A DNA stretch of 64,000 bases from Octopus bimaculoides (lineage: Eukaryota): assembly GCF_001194135.2 (NCBI RefSeq), contig NC_068986.1, positions 86,015,421 through 86,079,420 of the forward strand, given 5' to 3'. Below are positions 13,834 through 26,099 of the stretch, piece by piece. Each line of letters opens with the position of its first letter. The stretch's first letter is position 1. The notes below the pieces were generated by a model. The model worked only from the letters and a program-made list of their open reading frames with translations, was not told the origin of the DNA and made no database searches. The position numbers were made by a program, and so were the translations under genes.

Positions 13834-14759
13834 NNNNNNNNNNNNNNNNNNNNNNNNNNNNNNNNNNNNNNNNNNNNNNNNNNNNNNNNNNNNNNNNNNN
13901 NNNNNNNNNNNNNNNNNNNNNNNNNNNNNNNNNNNNNNNNNNNNNNNNNNNNNNNNNNNNNNNNNNNNNNNNNNNNNNNNNNNNNNNNNNNNNNNNNNNN
14001 NNNNNNNNNNNNNNNNNNNNNNNNNNNNNNNNNNNNNNNNNNNNNNNNNNNNNNNNNNNNNNNNNNNNNNNNNNNNNNNNNNNNNNNNNNNNNNNNNNNN
14101 NNNNNNNNNNNNNNNNNNNNNNNNNNNNNNNNNNNNNNNNNNNNNNNNNNNNNNNNNNNNNNNNNNNNNNNNNNNNNNNNNNNNNNNNNNNNNNNNNNNN
14201 NNNNNNNNNNNNNNNNNNNNNNNNNNNNNNNNNNNNNNNNNNNNNNNNNNNNNNNNNNNNNNNNNNNNNNNNNNNNNNNNNNNNNNNNNNNNNNNNNNNN
14301 NNNNNNNNNNNNNNNNNNNNNNNNNNNNNNNNNNNNNNNNNNNNNNNNNNNNNNNNNNNNNNNNNNNNNNNNNNNNNNNNNNNNNNNNNNNNNNNNNNNN
14401 NNNNNNNNNNNNNNNNNNNNNNNNNNNNNNNNNNNNNNNNNNNNNNNNNNNNNNNNNNNNNNNNNNNNNNNNNNNNNNNNNNNNNNNNNNNNNNNNNNNN
14501 NNNNNNNNNNNNNNNNNNNNNNNNNNNNNNNNNNNNNNNNNNNNNNNNNNNNNNNNNNNNNNNNNNNNNNNNNNNNNNNNNNNNNNNNNNNNNNNNNNNN
14601 NNNNNNNNNNNNNNNNNNNNNNNNNNNNNNNNNNNNNNNNNNNNNNNNNNNNNNNNNNNNNNNNNNNNNNNNNNNNNNNNNNNNNNNNNNNNNNNNNNNN
14701 NNNNNNNNNNNNNNNNNNATATATATATGTATATATATAAATATATATGATTTTATATA

Positions 14760-15505
14760 GCGTGAGAGAGTTAGGGGTTGGGGGTTCAACGCACTAAGGG
14801 ATTGTATCTATCCAGTATACTGCTGGGAGGGTACCCAATTTTTGCTACACTAGTGCTATACTAGGTGCAATCAATGGGAGTGGGTAAAAGTGGAGGTTTT
14901 ACCCAAAATTTGTATAACAATTAGAAAATGGAGAATAATATGCTGAACCCAACTACTTGCAGACGGTGTATCCCGGGGACATCCGAGTAAGGCTGTGCAC
15001 ACGGACCCACACATATATATATGCATTGGAGTGTCTATAGCGACCTATTTATAATGTTTGTAGGCTCTTTGTGTGCCTTGTATTTTTAAGCGTTTTTTTA
15101 CATATATCTTTCTTATATTTTTGCATGTCCCACATGCTATACCTTCATTTTTCATTTATGTATTCTTTATTATTATTATTTTTTTTCCTGCTGTACCCTT
15201 ATTTTTATTTTGATTTTGATCTTAATTCTATTTTTTATTTTTTACTATCTTATTTTTGCTGTTGTTTTTCTTCTGGTCTCTACCACACCTCTGTTTTTAC
15301 CTCTTGCTCCACATTTGTATGAAACCCTTTGTGAATCTCTGAAGAGGCCTAGCGGTTCGGGCATGTAACCCCATTTCAAAATGTCATCCAATAATCACTC
15401 CGGAAAGGAATATTTGGATAGAATGAGGCTTGCTAAAACTAGGCCGAAACAGCTGTAAGATTAAACTTCTGTTCATCCTCTAATTCCTTATGTACTTTGT
15501 ACTTC
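14760..15505 (+). mobile_element. 746-bp non-coding HHR-bearing element (Penelope-like/retrozyme-like, non-autonomous)
   Basis: Flanked by identical 16-bp TATATGATTTTATATA at 14744-14759 and 15506-15521 (candidate TSD, low complexity). Carries the HHR near its 3' end. No coding motif recognised. Confidence 0.55.
15334..15462 (+). ncRNA. Type I hammerhead ribozyme with intact catalytic core, palindromic helix III and 86-nt loop II
   Basis: Helix I AATCT (15334-38) pairs with AGATT (15458-62). Core CTGAAGA at 15339-45. Helix II GGCCTAG (15346-52) pairs with CTAGGCC (15439-45). GAAA at 15446-49. Helix III is the palindrome ACAGCTGT (15449-56). The cleavage triplet is GUA, with cleavage predicted after 15457. 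Confidence 0.85.
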
Positions 15506-15539
15506 TATATGATTTTATATATATATATATATATGTATA

Positions 15540-15843
15540 TATTTAAAATTATAATATAGGGTATCTCAGAGATACCGCTACGCTGAAATAGCAGTCAAAT
15601 CTTGACTCTAACCCGCAATAAATGATCATATAGCACAAAGAGCTATTTATGTGCTTTTCTGAGTGTATTCCACTGATGAGGAAATCCTAGATCTGGAATT
15701 ATTCAGTAATTTTTGCTAGTTTATTTTGTCTCCGTCTTCGCTCTTTGTGCTATATGAACATTTATTGTGGTTTAGAGTCAAGATTTGACTGCTATTTCAG
15801 CGTGGCGGTATCTCTTAGTTACCCTATATTATAATTTTAAATA
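15540..15843. mobile_element. Fold-back element: 104-bp inverted arms around a 96-bp spacer containing an HHR-like motif (possible inverted Penelope-type pLTR)
   Basis: 15540-15643 is the reverse complement of 15740-15843, with about 6 mismatches. The spacer contains CTGATGA (15673-79) enclosed by a long helix, 15659-72 pairing with 15694-15706. Confidence 0.7.
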
Positions 15844-16196
15844 ATTATTACCTTTGAAGGTTTTTATTCCCATGCTAGCCACTTGATAAAATCGGTATTT
15901 TATATAGAGATTTTATCCTTATTTATATAAATTTATTTCGTCATTATATTTACTGCGGTGATATTTTGACCATATCGCACGAGGAGTTTTTAGGCGGGCA
16001 ATTTAAACTGGTCGTGTGCATACGTGCATATATATGTCAATCGTTGATATAAAATGTTGCTTTAAATTGTAGAATATATATTATTATTATAATTATGATA
16101 TATCCTTATACAGTTATTATTGTACTAAAAAGACTTTCGTGGTTGCTTTCGCTCCATAAAGTACAACATTTTCGGGTTTGTTATATATTATATATA

Positions 16197-16228
<32 letters not shown>

Positions 16229-16584
16229 AAACGTGTGTGAGTGTGTGCATTTATGTGCGCGCTTATTTTTATGTGTATGGGAACTACATTATCACTGGCA
16301 AAGACTCAAAAACTCTAGGTTTTGCAGTGATTTAATAACAATTCGTAAAGAAAGAATGGACCATATCAATTTAATCTTTCAAGTGCTGAGACTCCTGGAA
16401 ACATAGGTGCAGCACCGTAGATTAGTAGGTTGCAATTGTATGGGTAGTGTTGTCTGAAGGTGGAACTGGTTGAAATGATGAGCTGTGATGAAGAATTCTA
16501 GTGTGAGATGTATGTGTGTGTGTGTGCGCGGTGGAGTGAACAGTAATCTGTTGTTGACAGAAAGAAAAGAAAAAGGTGTAATGA

Positions 16585-16634
16585 TGTTGAGGATGATGAT
16601 GATGATGATTACAGTGATAATGATGACAGTGATA

Positions 16635-16669
<35 letters not shown>

Positions 16670-17230
16670 AGTGGTGGTGATACTGGCGGTGGTTGTGGTG
16701 GTGTAAGTTTTGTTCACCATCATGATGACTATGGCGGTGGTGGCGGTTGTAATGTCAAATCCAAGAAATTTTTTCTCCTTCTACTCCTACTCCTCCTCAT
16801 TATTATCATCATCAACAGCAACTTGATCACTTTAATCCTAATTTTTATTTTCATCATCATTATTAATACTAGTGCTATCATCATCATCACCATCGAAATC
16901 ATCATTATCATCATCATATTCATAAGTTGCAGCAGTAGTGTTAGTAATGGTGGTGGTCACGATCGTGGTGGCGCTAGTTGCTGTTGTCATGGAAGGAGTA
17001 GATATTGATGATGGTGATGAACCTGATGATGATGATGATAACTTTAGTGATTATGGGTGAAGATGTAAAGACGAATACGGCGAACCTGGTGGTAACGCTG
17101 ATGGTGAATATGATGTGGGGAGTATGAAGATGACGATCACGGTGGTTGTGCAGGTGGCGTAGTAGAGTTGTGAGTATGATGATCACGGTAACGATATATA
17201 AGATAATGGTGATGATGTACAATAAATGTA
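16585..17230. repeat. Compound (GAT/CAT/GGT)n trinucleotide microsatellite region
   Basis: Direct reading; source of the poly-M/I/D ORFs. Confidence 0.9.
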
Positions 17231-17774
17231 AACATAAATCCGTTAGTGAGATTGGTCGATGGTATTTTAGGATGGGTTGGAGGTGCTTGTTTGTTTCTTC
17301 CTTGTCCTTTCCTCTCTACGTATTTGTTTATTATTTAATCGGGAAGTGAATTAAATTGTCAAATTATCAATGTAAGGCTCTACAATATTTACTAATTGTC
17401 TGTGGAATGTGCTGCAGAAGCATACGAAGCCTGGCCGTGTACATGTAAATCAATACGTACTGAGATGCATAGATACATAGATTCATGCATATATACATAT
17501 ATGCTTAAACACGCACACAAACACGCACACACACACACACACACATATATATATACATATACATAGATCAATAGATGAATGCATTTACGCTTGTGTGAGA
17601 GCCTTTATATGTTTATATATATATATATATATATATCAATCTATCTATCCCTCTATCTATCTATATATAAATATATATATACATATATACATACACATAT
17701 ACGCATGCACAATGCACACAGATACACACAAACGCACACATATGCATATTTACATACACACACTCACATACATA

Positions 17775-18515
17775 CATGCATACATACTGTCCAACTTAGT
17801 TCTTACACAACATCGATGATATCCTTAAAACCTTGGGAACAGCTTCGAACTCTGATGTCATATATAAAGCGTTCGACAGAGTCGACCATAATATCCTACT
17901 CTCAAAATTGTCAAATGTTAGAATCCGGGGAAAGCTGGTAAACTCAGATGGAGTATCTATATCAACGATAATGTCTATATAGCTCCTAGGATGAACTTTT
18001 GAATCCTAAGAACATTCCGGTCGAGAGAACAAGGTGTCATCATTCCTCCTTTCTCTTCTTTTCTACGCCTACACCTCGAAGACTGCTGTCCCCTGTGCTC
18101 TCCCCTTATAAAACAAAACATTTCGAAAATTGAATCACCGCAGATGGCATTCACTAAAGGAAATTAAGGGCATGACTGAACTCGATTATTGGGACCGCCT
18201 AAAAGCATTGAAACTGTATTCTCTCCAGCGCTACCGTGAGCGATACATACCTTGCACGTTGTTTAGAATATACAATCAGCATTGCTCAAACGACCTCAAC
18301 GTTAGCTTCAACATCCATCCAAGTTTAGGACCAAAAGCCATACGTCCCCTACCCAATTCATGATCAGAACACATAAATACATTGCAACACAATTCTTTTC
18401 TTCAACAGGCCCTGCCCTATATAACATTGTCCCGAAACGGATCAAAGAGGAAAAGGATCCCATCGCCTTTAAAGGGAATCTGAGCAAATTTCTTCAAGAA
18501 ATACCAGATTAAGTC
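17775..18515 (+). mobile_element. Decayed CR1/L2-type LINE ORF2 (RT plus C-terminus, internally deleted)
   Basis: SDVIYKAFDRVDHNILLSKL from about 17851, LRTFRSRE, and ELDYWDRLKALKLYSLQRYRERY at 18175-18250. Ends in LSKFLQEIPD*. Confidence 0.85.
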
Positions 18516-19309
18516 ACCTATACCTCTACTATTATTCATTTATGATTTATTTACATGTCTAGGAATCTGTCCATCGTAAATATTATGTACTCCATATTTA
18601 ATATAATGCACATGTCGGAATACCTCAACAGCAGATTCCTTTACTCAGCTGGGTCGAATAGTCTACATACACTGCAGGAATATCATTCGGCTGGTACTTA
18701 TGTATCATATTTGATATTTACATAATATTGTTGTGTGTATGTATTATTCCGACCTAACGAGGTGCCTCATATTTAAGTACCTAATTCAACTGAATCTTAC
18801 TTATATATTATATATATATATATATATATATGTTTATATATATATATATATGTTTATATATATATATATATATATATACGGTGGGCTTCTTTCAATTTCC
18901 GTGTACTTAATCCACACACAAGGGTTTGAATACACACAAACACGCATAAATATTGCCCTAATTAGCGCGAAACCAGGAATATTGTTTGGATTTAGTCCAT
19001 ATTCAAGTATATTCTAGGAGAGGGATCATAAAGCCTCAGTGTAAATGGTAGTAGAGTTTGCGTTGAAAAGCGATATGATTATAGTTCTTGTGTTAGTTAA
19101 ATATACCCTCACCTCGAACATACATTAAAAAGGACTATCGAAAACTTGAATGTTTAGTTCACCTCACACACTTAAATGGGTGAAACCCCTGAACAAAGCT
19201 GTATATGTACTACAAATGAATCCACTAAATGAACATAATGCTACATGAAACGTCAACATGTCACTCATCCAGCAGAAAAACTTGTCGGATCGAAATTTAA
19301 CGAGAATAA

Positions 19310-19528
19310 TAATCCTTTCTACTGAGGGCAGAAGGCATGACATTTTGGGAAGGGGACTAATCCATTACATCGGCCTTAGTGTTTCACTGGTACTTAATTT
19401 ATCGACTCCAAAAGGGTGAAAGTCAAAGTCGACCTCGGTGGAATATAAACTGAGATCGTAAATACGGACGATATGCTGCTAATCATTTTGTCCAGAGTTC
19501 TAACGATTCTACGAAACTCGCCGCCTTT
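19310..19528 (-). mobile_element. SINE family B
   Basis: CTGGTACTTAATTTATCGACTCC...AAAGTCGACCTCGGTGGAA...CTAACGATTCT. Confidence 0.85.
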
Positions 19529-20986
19529 TTGATGAGAATAATAATGTAATTAAATTATTCTTGAAGATATACAATTCTTCCTTCTTTATGTTTTGATTAC
19601 ATTCACACACATAAAGGCGCGCATGCACCCCTCCTCAAACTCACACACACATACATACAGACACAGACACACACACACACATACACCCACACATTTGTGA
19701 CAGATTTGCAAGGCATGTGATGGAAGCTCTCGAAGATCAGCAGATGTAACAGAGAATGTCATTAGTAACTATATGAACATTTATTGATATATTGCAAGTC
19801 ATTTGCAAGTTACGACCCGCTTGTGTATTTCAGACTGTATTCCTGCTTTTTCTACTTTTCCTTACAATTTTCACCCCATTTACTTTGATTGTTACAAGAA
19901 AATCTTCTCTTCTTTTTTCTATTTCTTTTCCTCCAGATAATATTATATCTTCGAAACTCATTCCCTTCCTAAGACTTGTTCTCTAATTTGTTGTCGACTT
20001 TTCTCTTCACTTCTACTTTCTTTTGTACTGTCTTCGTTTCACTGTCAAGTGTTCTTTCGTCTTATAGCCTTACTTTTGCCCTTTATCTATCCTTCTTCCC
20101 CATTTCTCAATTATTTTTTTCACTTGCCTTTTCTTCTGTAAACCACTTTCATCTATTTATATAATATTTTCTTGAAGTTTTTCTTCCCCTGAACATATTC
20201 TGTAACAGCTTTCATTTCAAACTTTTTAATATAACCTGGAGAAATTTCCATCGTTTTTTTTTTAACTCATCCTGTGTTTATCTCATATAGTTTTATGACA
20301 GCTTTCTATCCCCTTTTAGGTATTATAACACGTGATTATCACGATATACCATAAGAGTTACAGGAATATGTCTCAAAGTTACAAAACATTGTCTAAGGTC
20401 ACGCAGAAATACCACGTGATATCTTACAAGATAAATGATAATAATAACTGAAAATCATTTGCAAAGTTAAAAAGAGATGTAGCAGCATTGCTATAAACAT
20501 CACAAGGTCCATCTAGGCTAAATCTAAAATATTTTCTGCTTTGTTACTGTTGCTTTAGCTCCTTTGTAAATTGCGATTTATATTCTTCCCTATCCGTGCG
20601 AATTCCCTTTCGAATAACTGTCGTAATAATTTTTCATTCCAGTTTTATACAGCAGTAAACAGTCAGAAATACATGCAAACTATTTTCAGCTAGACACTTA
20701 CAACGAAGGATACTGTATATGAGCGCTTCGTAAGTTAGAAATGGAAGTCTAATCAATACCTCAACCCACAACATGCTACTTAGGAAACTGATTTGTATAT
20801 ATGTATGTATGTACGTGTGTGTACGTGTGTATGTGTGTGTGAGTATATATATATGTGTGTGTATTTATATATAAACGTCTGATTTTCTGTTTACAATAGT
20901 ACATGAGATTACACAATATTTTATCTGTAACATATATGTGCGTGTGCGTGAGTGAGAGTGAGAGAGAGAGAGAGAGAGAAAGTGTG

Positions 20987-21018
<32 letters not shown>

Positions 21019-21225
21019 CATGCGTGTGCGTATACAATGTAGTTCTCGATGTGGTGATTGCCGTGGCGTAAAAACAAAGGGTGTCTTACACATCGTATTA
21101 TACAGGGTATTTATTAAGTGATTAGGCTCTCAATGCATTCAGTATGACGGACCCCAATCCACAGTAGCAGTAGTAGGAGTCGTAGCAACAGAAGCAGCAG
21201 CAGAAGCAGCAGCAGAAGCAGCAGA

Positions 21226-21263
<38 letters not shown>

Positions 21264-22081
21264 TAGTAGTAGTACTAGTAGTAGTAGTAGCGTTAATTCA
21301 TGCTCTCTTGCCAAAAACAATCGGGGTGATGGTTCAATTCACGGCAACCATAATATTACATACAATAAGCCAGCAGTTAAGAAGTTCGCAATTTTTCCGC
21401 GCTAATGTATCGGGTCGTCGTGTGACAAGGGATGAAATAAATGAGACAGAGACATATTTCATTTATTCCGCTTTCATAAAGCCGTATAGACAACAAGAAC
21501 ACCAACAGCAACGCCATTACCGATAAAAGGAAAAAGAAGAACAGCAACAAACGCAATATTACAAACAGCAATAGCATCATCGTTAATAACTCCAACAAAC
21601 AATTTATCGTGCAATAATAAAAAGGTCACAGGAATTATCATAAAGGATAGAACGATTAAAAATCTTGCAATAAAACACAATCTTGATCCCGATAATCGGT
21701 GACAATAGAAGACTGTGCGGTCACGTGCTAGATGGATGATAGGTGAATGTGAGTGGGGAGAGGTCGTATGTAGGAGTCATGACAATGTGTGGTGTATGTG
21801 TGTGTGTGTATTTGTGTGAAAGTGCGTGTAGAATATGGTGGAATAGCGGAGTATGGTGATGGTGGAAAAGTAATGATGTGCAGGTTAGTGGTGTGTTAGG
21901 TAGGAAAACTCGCTATATTTTGGTCATAATACCAACCACGCGGAATGGATCATGGGATATATGTGCATTTGTCTTCGTTTGTGTTTCATTGAAGGCATTC
22001 GCTTATATCTGTACATTCATATTCATGCGCGTGCGTGTGAAAATATATTCACACGTAGATATATTTATATCTATATTACTC

Positions 22082-22571
22082 TATTACTTGTTTCAGTGAT
22101 TTGACTGCGGCCATGCTGGAGCACCGCCTTTAGTCGAGAAAATCGACCCGAGGACTTATTCTTTGGAAGCGTAGTACTTATTCTATCGGATTTTTTTGCC
22201 GAACCGCTAAGTTACAGGGACTTAAACACACCAGCATCGGTTGTCAAGCGATGTTGTGGGGACAAACACAGACACACAAACACGCACATATATATATATA
22301 TATATATATANNNNNNNNNNNNNNNNNNNNNNNNNNNNNNNNNNNNNNNNNNNNNNNNNNNNNNNNNNNNNNNNNNNNNNNNNNNNNNNNNTATATATAC
22401 ATATACACGACGGGCTTCTTTCAGTTTCCGTCTACCAAATCCACTCAAAAGGCTTTGGTCGGCCCGTGGCTATAGTAGAAGACACTGGCCCAAGGTGCCA
22501 CGCAGTGGGACTGAACCCGGAACAATGTGGTTGGTAAGCAAGCTACTTACCACGCAGCCACTCCTGCGCCT
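22082..22571 (-). mobile_element. SINE family A, full length (gap inside its internal microsatellite)
   Basis: High similarity to 2492-2901. Confidence 0.9.
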
Positions 22572-22615
22572 AAAGCGCCAAACGTGGGCGCTTTATATGT
22601 AAATATATATTTATA

Positions 22616-23445
22616 CAAGGTATGATCAATAAGTATCCGGACAGTTGCCATAGTAACAAACCTGAAGCACGCAGAGTGAAACATCTTGGCACAAATTGAT
22701 CTTGAACTCTGCTGTGCATGCGCATAAGTTTAAAACGTTCTAGCTCACTGCCTCTATTGACAGCAGTGCTTGGAAAAAAGGTGTGTAACGTGTGATCGTC
22801 GCATTGACTATGACTGAGATAGTTGACATCGCGATACTTGCTCAGAGGTCCGCACAAATTATCAGAACGTGTATGAAGAGGAGTGTATGAGCCATGCACA
22901 GGTGTACGAGTGGTTCAGACGTTTCCAAGAAGGCAAAATAAAAAAATTCGATATACATGAACGTTTTGAGAGTTCCGCAACCAGCAGAACTGAGAAAAGC
23001 ATCGCAGATGTGAGTGCAGCTGTAAGCGGAATTTCGTCGAATCGCAATCCGTGAGTTATCGGAGGATGAGCAAATTACTTACGGTCCAGTTCAGTCCATT
23101 ATCGCTGATCAAAAAAGATACCCGGGTTTCAGTTGCAGAAGGTCTCATTGACTGTGTCGAGAACGATGAGAACTATTCGAAAACTGCGTAGGATTGTGAA
23201 CAAATATCGTGAAGCTTTTGGCAAAATTTGAGTGCAGATTCTCTGCTCAACATTCTCTGTCATATTCAATGCGACGATCACACGCTGCACACCTTTATTC
23301 CAAGCACTTTTGTAAACAGCGGATGTGAGTTAGGATCTTAAAACTTAGTGCGCATGCACAGCATAAGTGATGGTCATTCAGCACTAAGCAGCTTCCGTCT
23401 GCGTGCTTTAGCTTCATTACTATGGCAATAGTCCGTATACTTATA
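22616..23445. mobile_element. Fold-back mariner derivative made of two opposed 5' ends
   Basis: The + strand has a TIR and the N-terminal transposase (YEEECMSHAQVYEWFRRFQEG; RELSEDEQITYGPVQSII; QKDTRVSVAEGLIDCVENDEN). The - strand of 23185-23445 repeats the 5' end (MTENVEQRIC). The arms pair 22626-22835 with 23230-23444. Confidence 0.8.
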
Positions 23446-23446
23446 T

Positions 23447-23497
<51 letters not shown>

Positions 23498-24112
23498 NNN
23501 NNNNNNNNNNNNNNNNNNNNNNNNNNNNNNNNNNNNNNNNNNNNNNNNNNNNNNNNNNNNNNNNNNNNNNNNNNNNNNNNNNNNNNNNNNNNNNNNNNNN
23601 NNNNNNNNNNNNNNNNNNNNNNNNNNNNNNNNNNNNNNNNNNNNNNNNNNNNNNNNNNNNNNNNNNNNNNNNNNNNNNNNNNNNNNNNNNNNNNNNNNNN
23701 NNNNNNNNNNNNNNNNNNNNNNNNNNNNNNNNNNNNNNNNNNNNNNNNNNNNNNNNNNNNNNNNNNNNNNNNNNNNNNNNNNNNNNNNNNNNNNNNNNNN
23801 NNNNNNNNNNNNNNNNNNNNNNNNNNNNNNNNNNNNNNNNNNNNNNNNNNNNNNNNNNNNNNNNNNNNNNNNNNNNNNNNNNNNNNNNNNNNNNNNNNNN
23901 NNNNNNNNNNNNNNNNNNNNNNNNNNNNNNNNNNNNNNNNNNNNNNNNNNTGTGTGTGTGTGTGTTTGTGTATGTGTGTGTGTATTTTTATACATCTCTT
24001 TAGCATAAATATAAACAAGTATTGTTGTTGTTGTTGTTGTTGTTGTTGTTCTTCTTCTTCTTCTTCTTCTTCTTCTTCTTCATCATCCTCCACCTCCTCC
24101 TCCTCCTCCTCC

Positions 24113-24143
<31 letters not shown>

Positions 24144-24539
24144 TATTGAATGAGAGAGCAGTGCATGCTATCAAGTGACACTGGGGTAAAATGTACAAAG
24201 CCCATTATACCCATCATGACTACCCGTCTGAAATGGGTACATGAGGTACATGCATCACAACTATATGAGAGAGACTTAGTGATCTCATATCAAGATAAAC
24301 AGCGCATGACCATGCAGGTGGTGCCCGGTTAGAATTTTCTTCAGGTTCATGAACAAAACACCCATGTTTTCAAAGGTGAATTATCCAAACCCTAAAGAAT
24401 TTCTCTCATTACATGACTATACATACATACATACATACATACATACATACATACATACATACATAGTCACATACATACATACATACATACATAAATACGT
24501 ACATATATACATACATACATGCATACATGCATATATATA

Positions 24540-24760
24540 CTCTTTTACTCTTTTACTTGTTTCAGTCATTTGACTGTGGCCATGCTGGAGCACCGCCTTT
24601 AGTCGAGTAAATCGACCCCAGGACTTATTCTTTGGATGCCTAGTACTTACTCTATCGGTCTCTTTTTGCCGAACCGCTAAGTTACGGGGACGTAAACACA
24701 CCACCATCGGTTGTCAAGCGATGTTTGGGGGACAAACACACACACACACACACACACACA

Positions 24761-24792
<32 letters not shown>
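24540..24792 (-). mobile_element. SINE family A, 3' half
   Basis: GGCCATGCTGGAGCACCGCCTTTAGTCGAG...CGGTTGTCAAGCGATG. Confidence 0.9.
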
Positions 24793-25319
24793 NNNNNNNN
24801 NNNNNNNNNNNNNNNNNNNNNNNNNNNNNNNNNNNNNNNNNNNNNNNNNNNNNNNNNNNNNNNNNNNNNNNNNNNNNNNNNNNNNNNNNNNNNNNNNNNN
24901 NNNNNNNNNNNNNNNNNNNNNNNNNNNNNNNNNNNNNNNNNNNNNNNNNNNNNNNNNNNNNNNNNNNNNNNNNNNNNNNNNNNNNNNNNNNNNNNNNNNN
25001 NNNNNNNNNNNNNNNNNNNNNNNNNNNNNNNNNNNNNNNNNNNNNNNNNNNNNNNNNNNNNNNNNNNNNNNNNNNNNNNNNNNNNNNNNNNNNNNNNNNN
25101 NNNNNNNNNNNNNNNNNNNNNNNNNNNNNNNNNNNNNNNNNNNNNNNNNNNNNNNNNNNNNNNNNNNNNNNNNNNNNNNNNNNNNNNNNNNNNNNNNNNN
25201 NNNNNNNNNNNNNNNNNNNNNNNNNNNNNNNNNNNNNNNNNNNNNNNNNNNNNNNNNNNNNNNNNNNNNNNNNNNNNNNNNNNNNNNNNNNNNNNNNNNN
25301 NNNNNNNNNNNNNNNNNNN

Positions 25320-25358
<39 letters not shown>

Positions 25359-26099
25359 GTGTCAGCACAGATGCAGCTATAATGGAGTGTGTATGCTATA
25401 TGCACAACTCGTTGCGTCTACTACCTCTGTTACAATAGCCAGCAGCACACGCAATCACTGTGATATTGTGATGCGCAGATCTATGCAGACATGGTAGAAA
25501 TACAGAGAAGTGTGTGACGTATCCACTAACTCTACTGAATGGACCAATGACAAGTGAGACTGCAGACAAGAGATTTAACCCAATGTCCCAGAAACAGATG
25601 TCTTTATTGTGTTGTCTATCCGCCACCTTTCGCAACCCCGATTCTTATTTTACAATAAAATAAAAGACGACGGAGAGATGATATAATCATTTTTAATATG
25701 ATGACTTATAGTTTTGACATTAATGTTTTCGTCTCCTATAATGGCTTGAGAACTTTCAGCTACACCATCAAGCCGCACCACACCCCAGTAGCACAACAAA
25801 ACACTGCCCCTGCTACACTATATTTCATTCTCATCCCTCCTACGACACACAAAAGTAAGCCAGGCTGAAGAATCACTACATGTCACAATTGTACTTAAAC
25901 ACCCATCTCCGACGCTATAACGAACACTGCATATCCCCTCACCATCATCGCTGTTATGAATACAATGAGAATTATCATAGTGTTGATGCTTCTAATCTCT
26001 GAGATGGTGATGGTGTTTGTGATGGTGGTGGCAGTGTAGGTGATGAAGTTAAGAATAATAGCTGTTTACATTGTGGCAATGATGTTGGGCGACAATTAG

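Noticed and set aside
14765-14832. TTAGGG and G-runs as a telomeric repeat or G-quadruplex
   Set aside because: Only a single TTAGGG, and the G-runs are separated by long, uneven loops.
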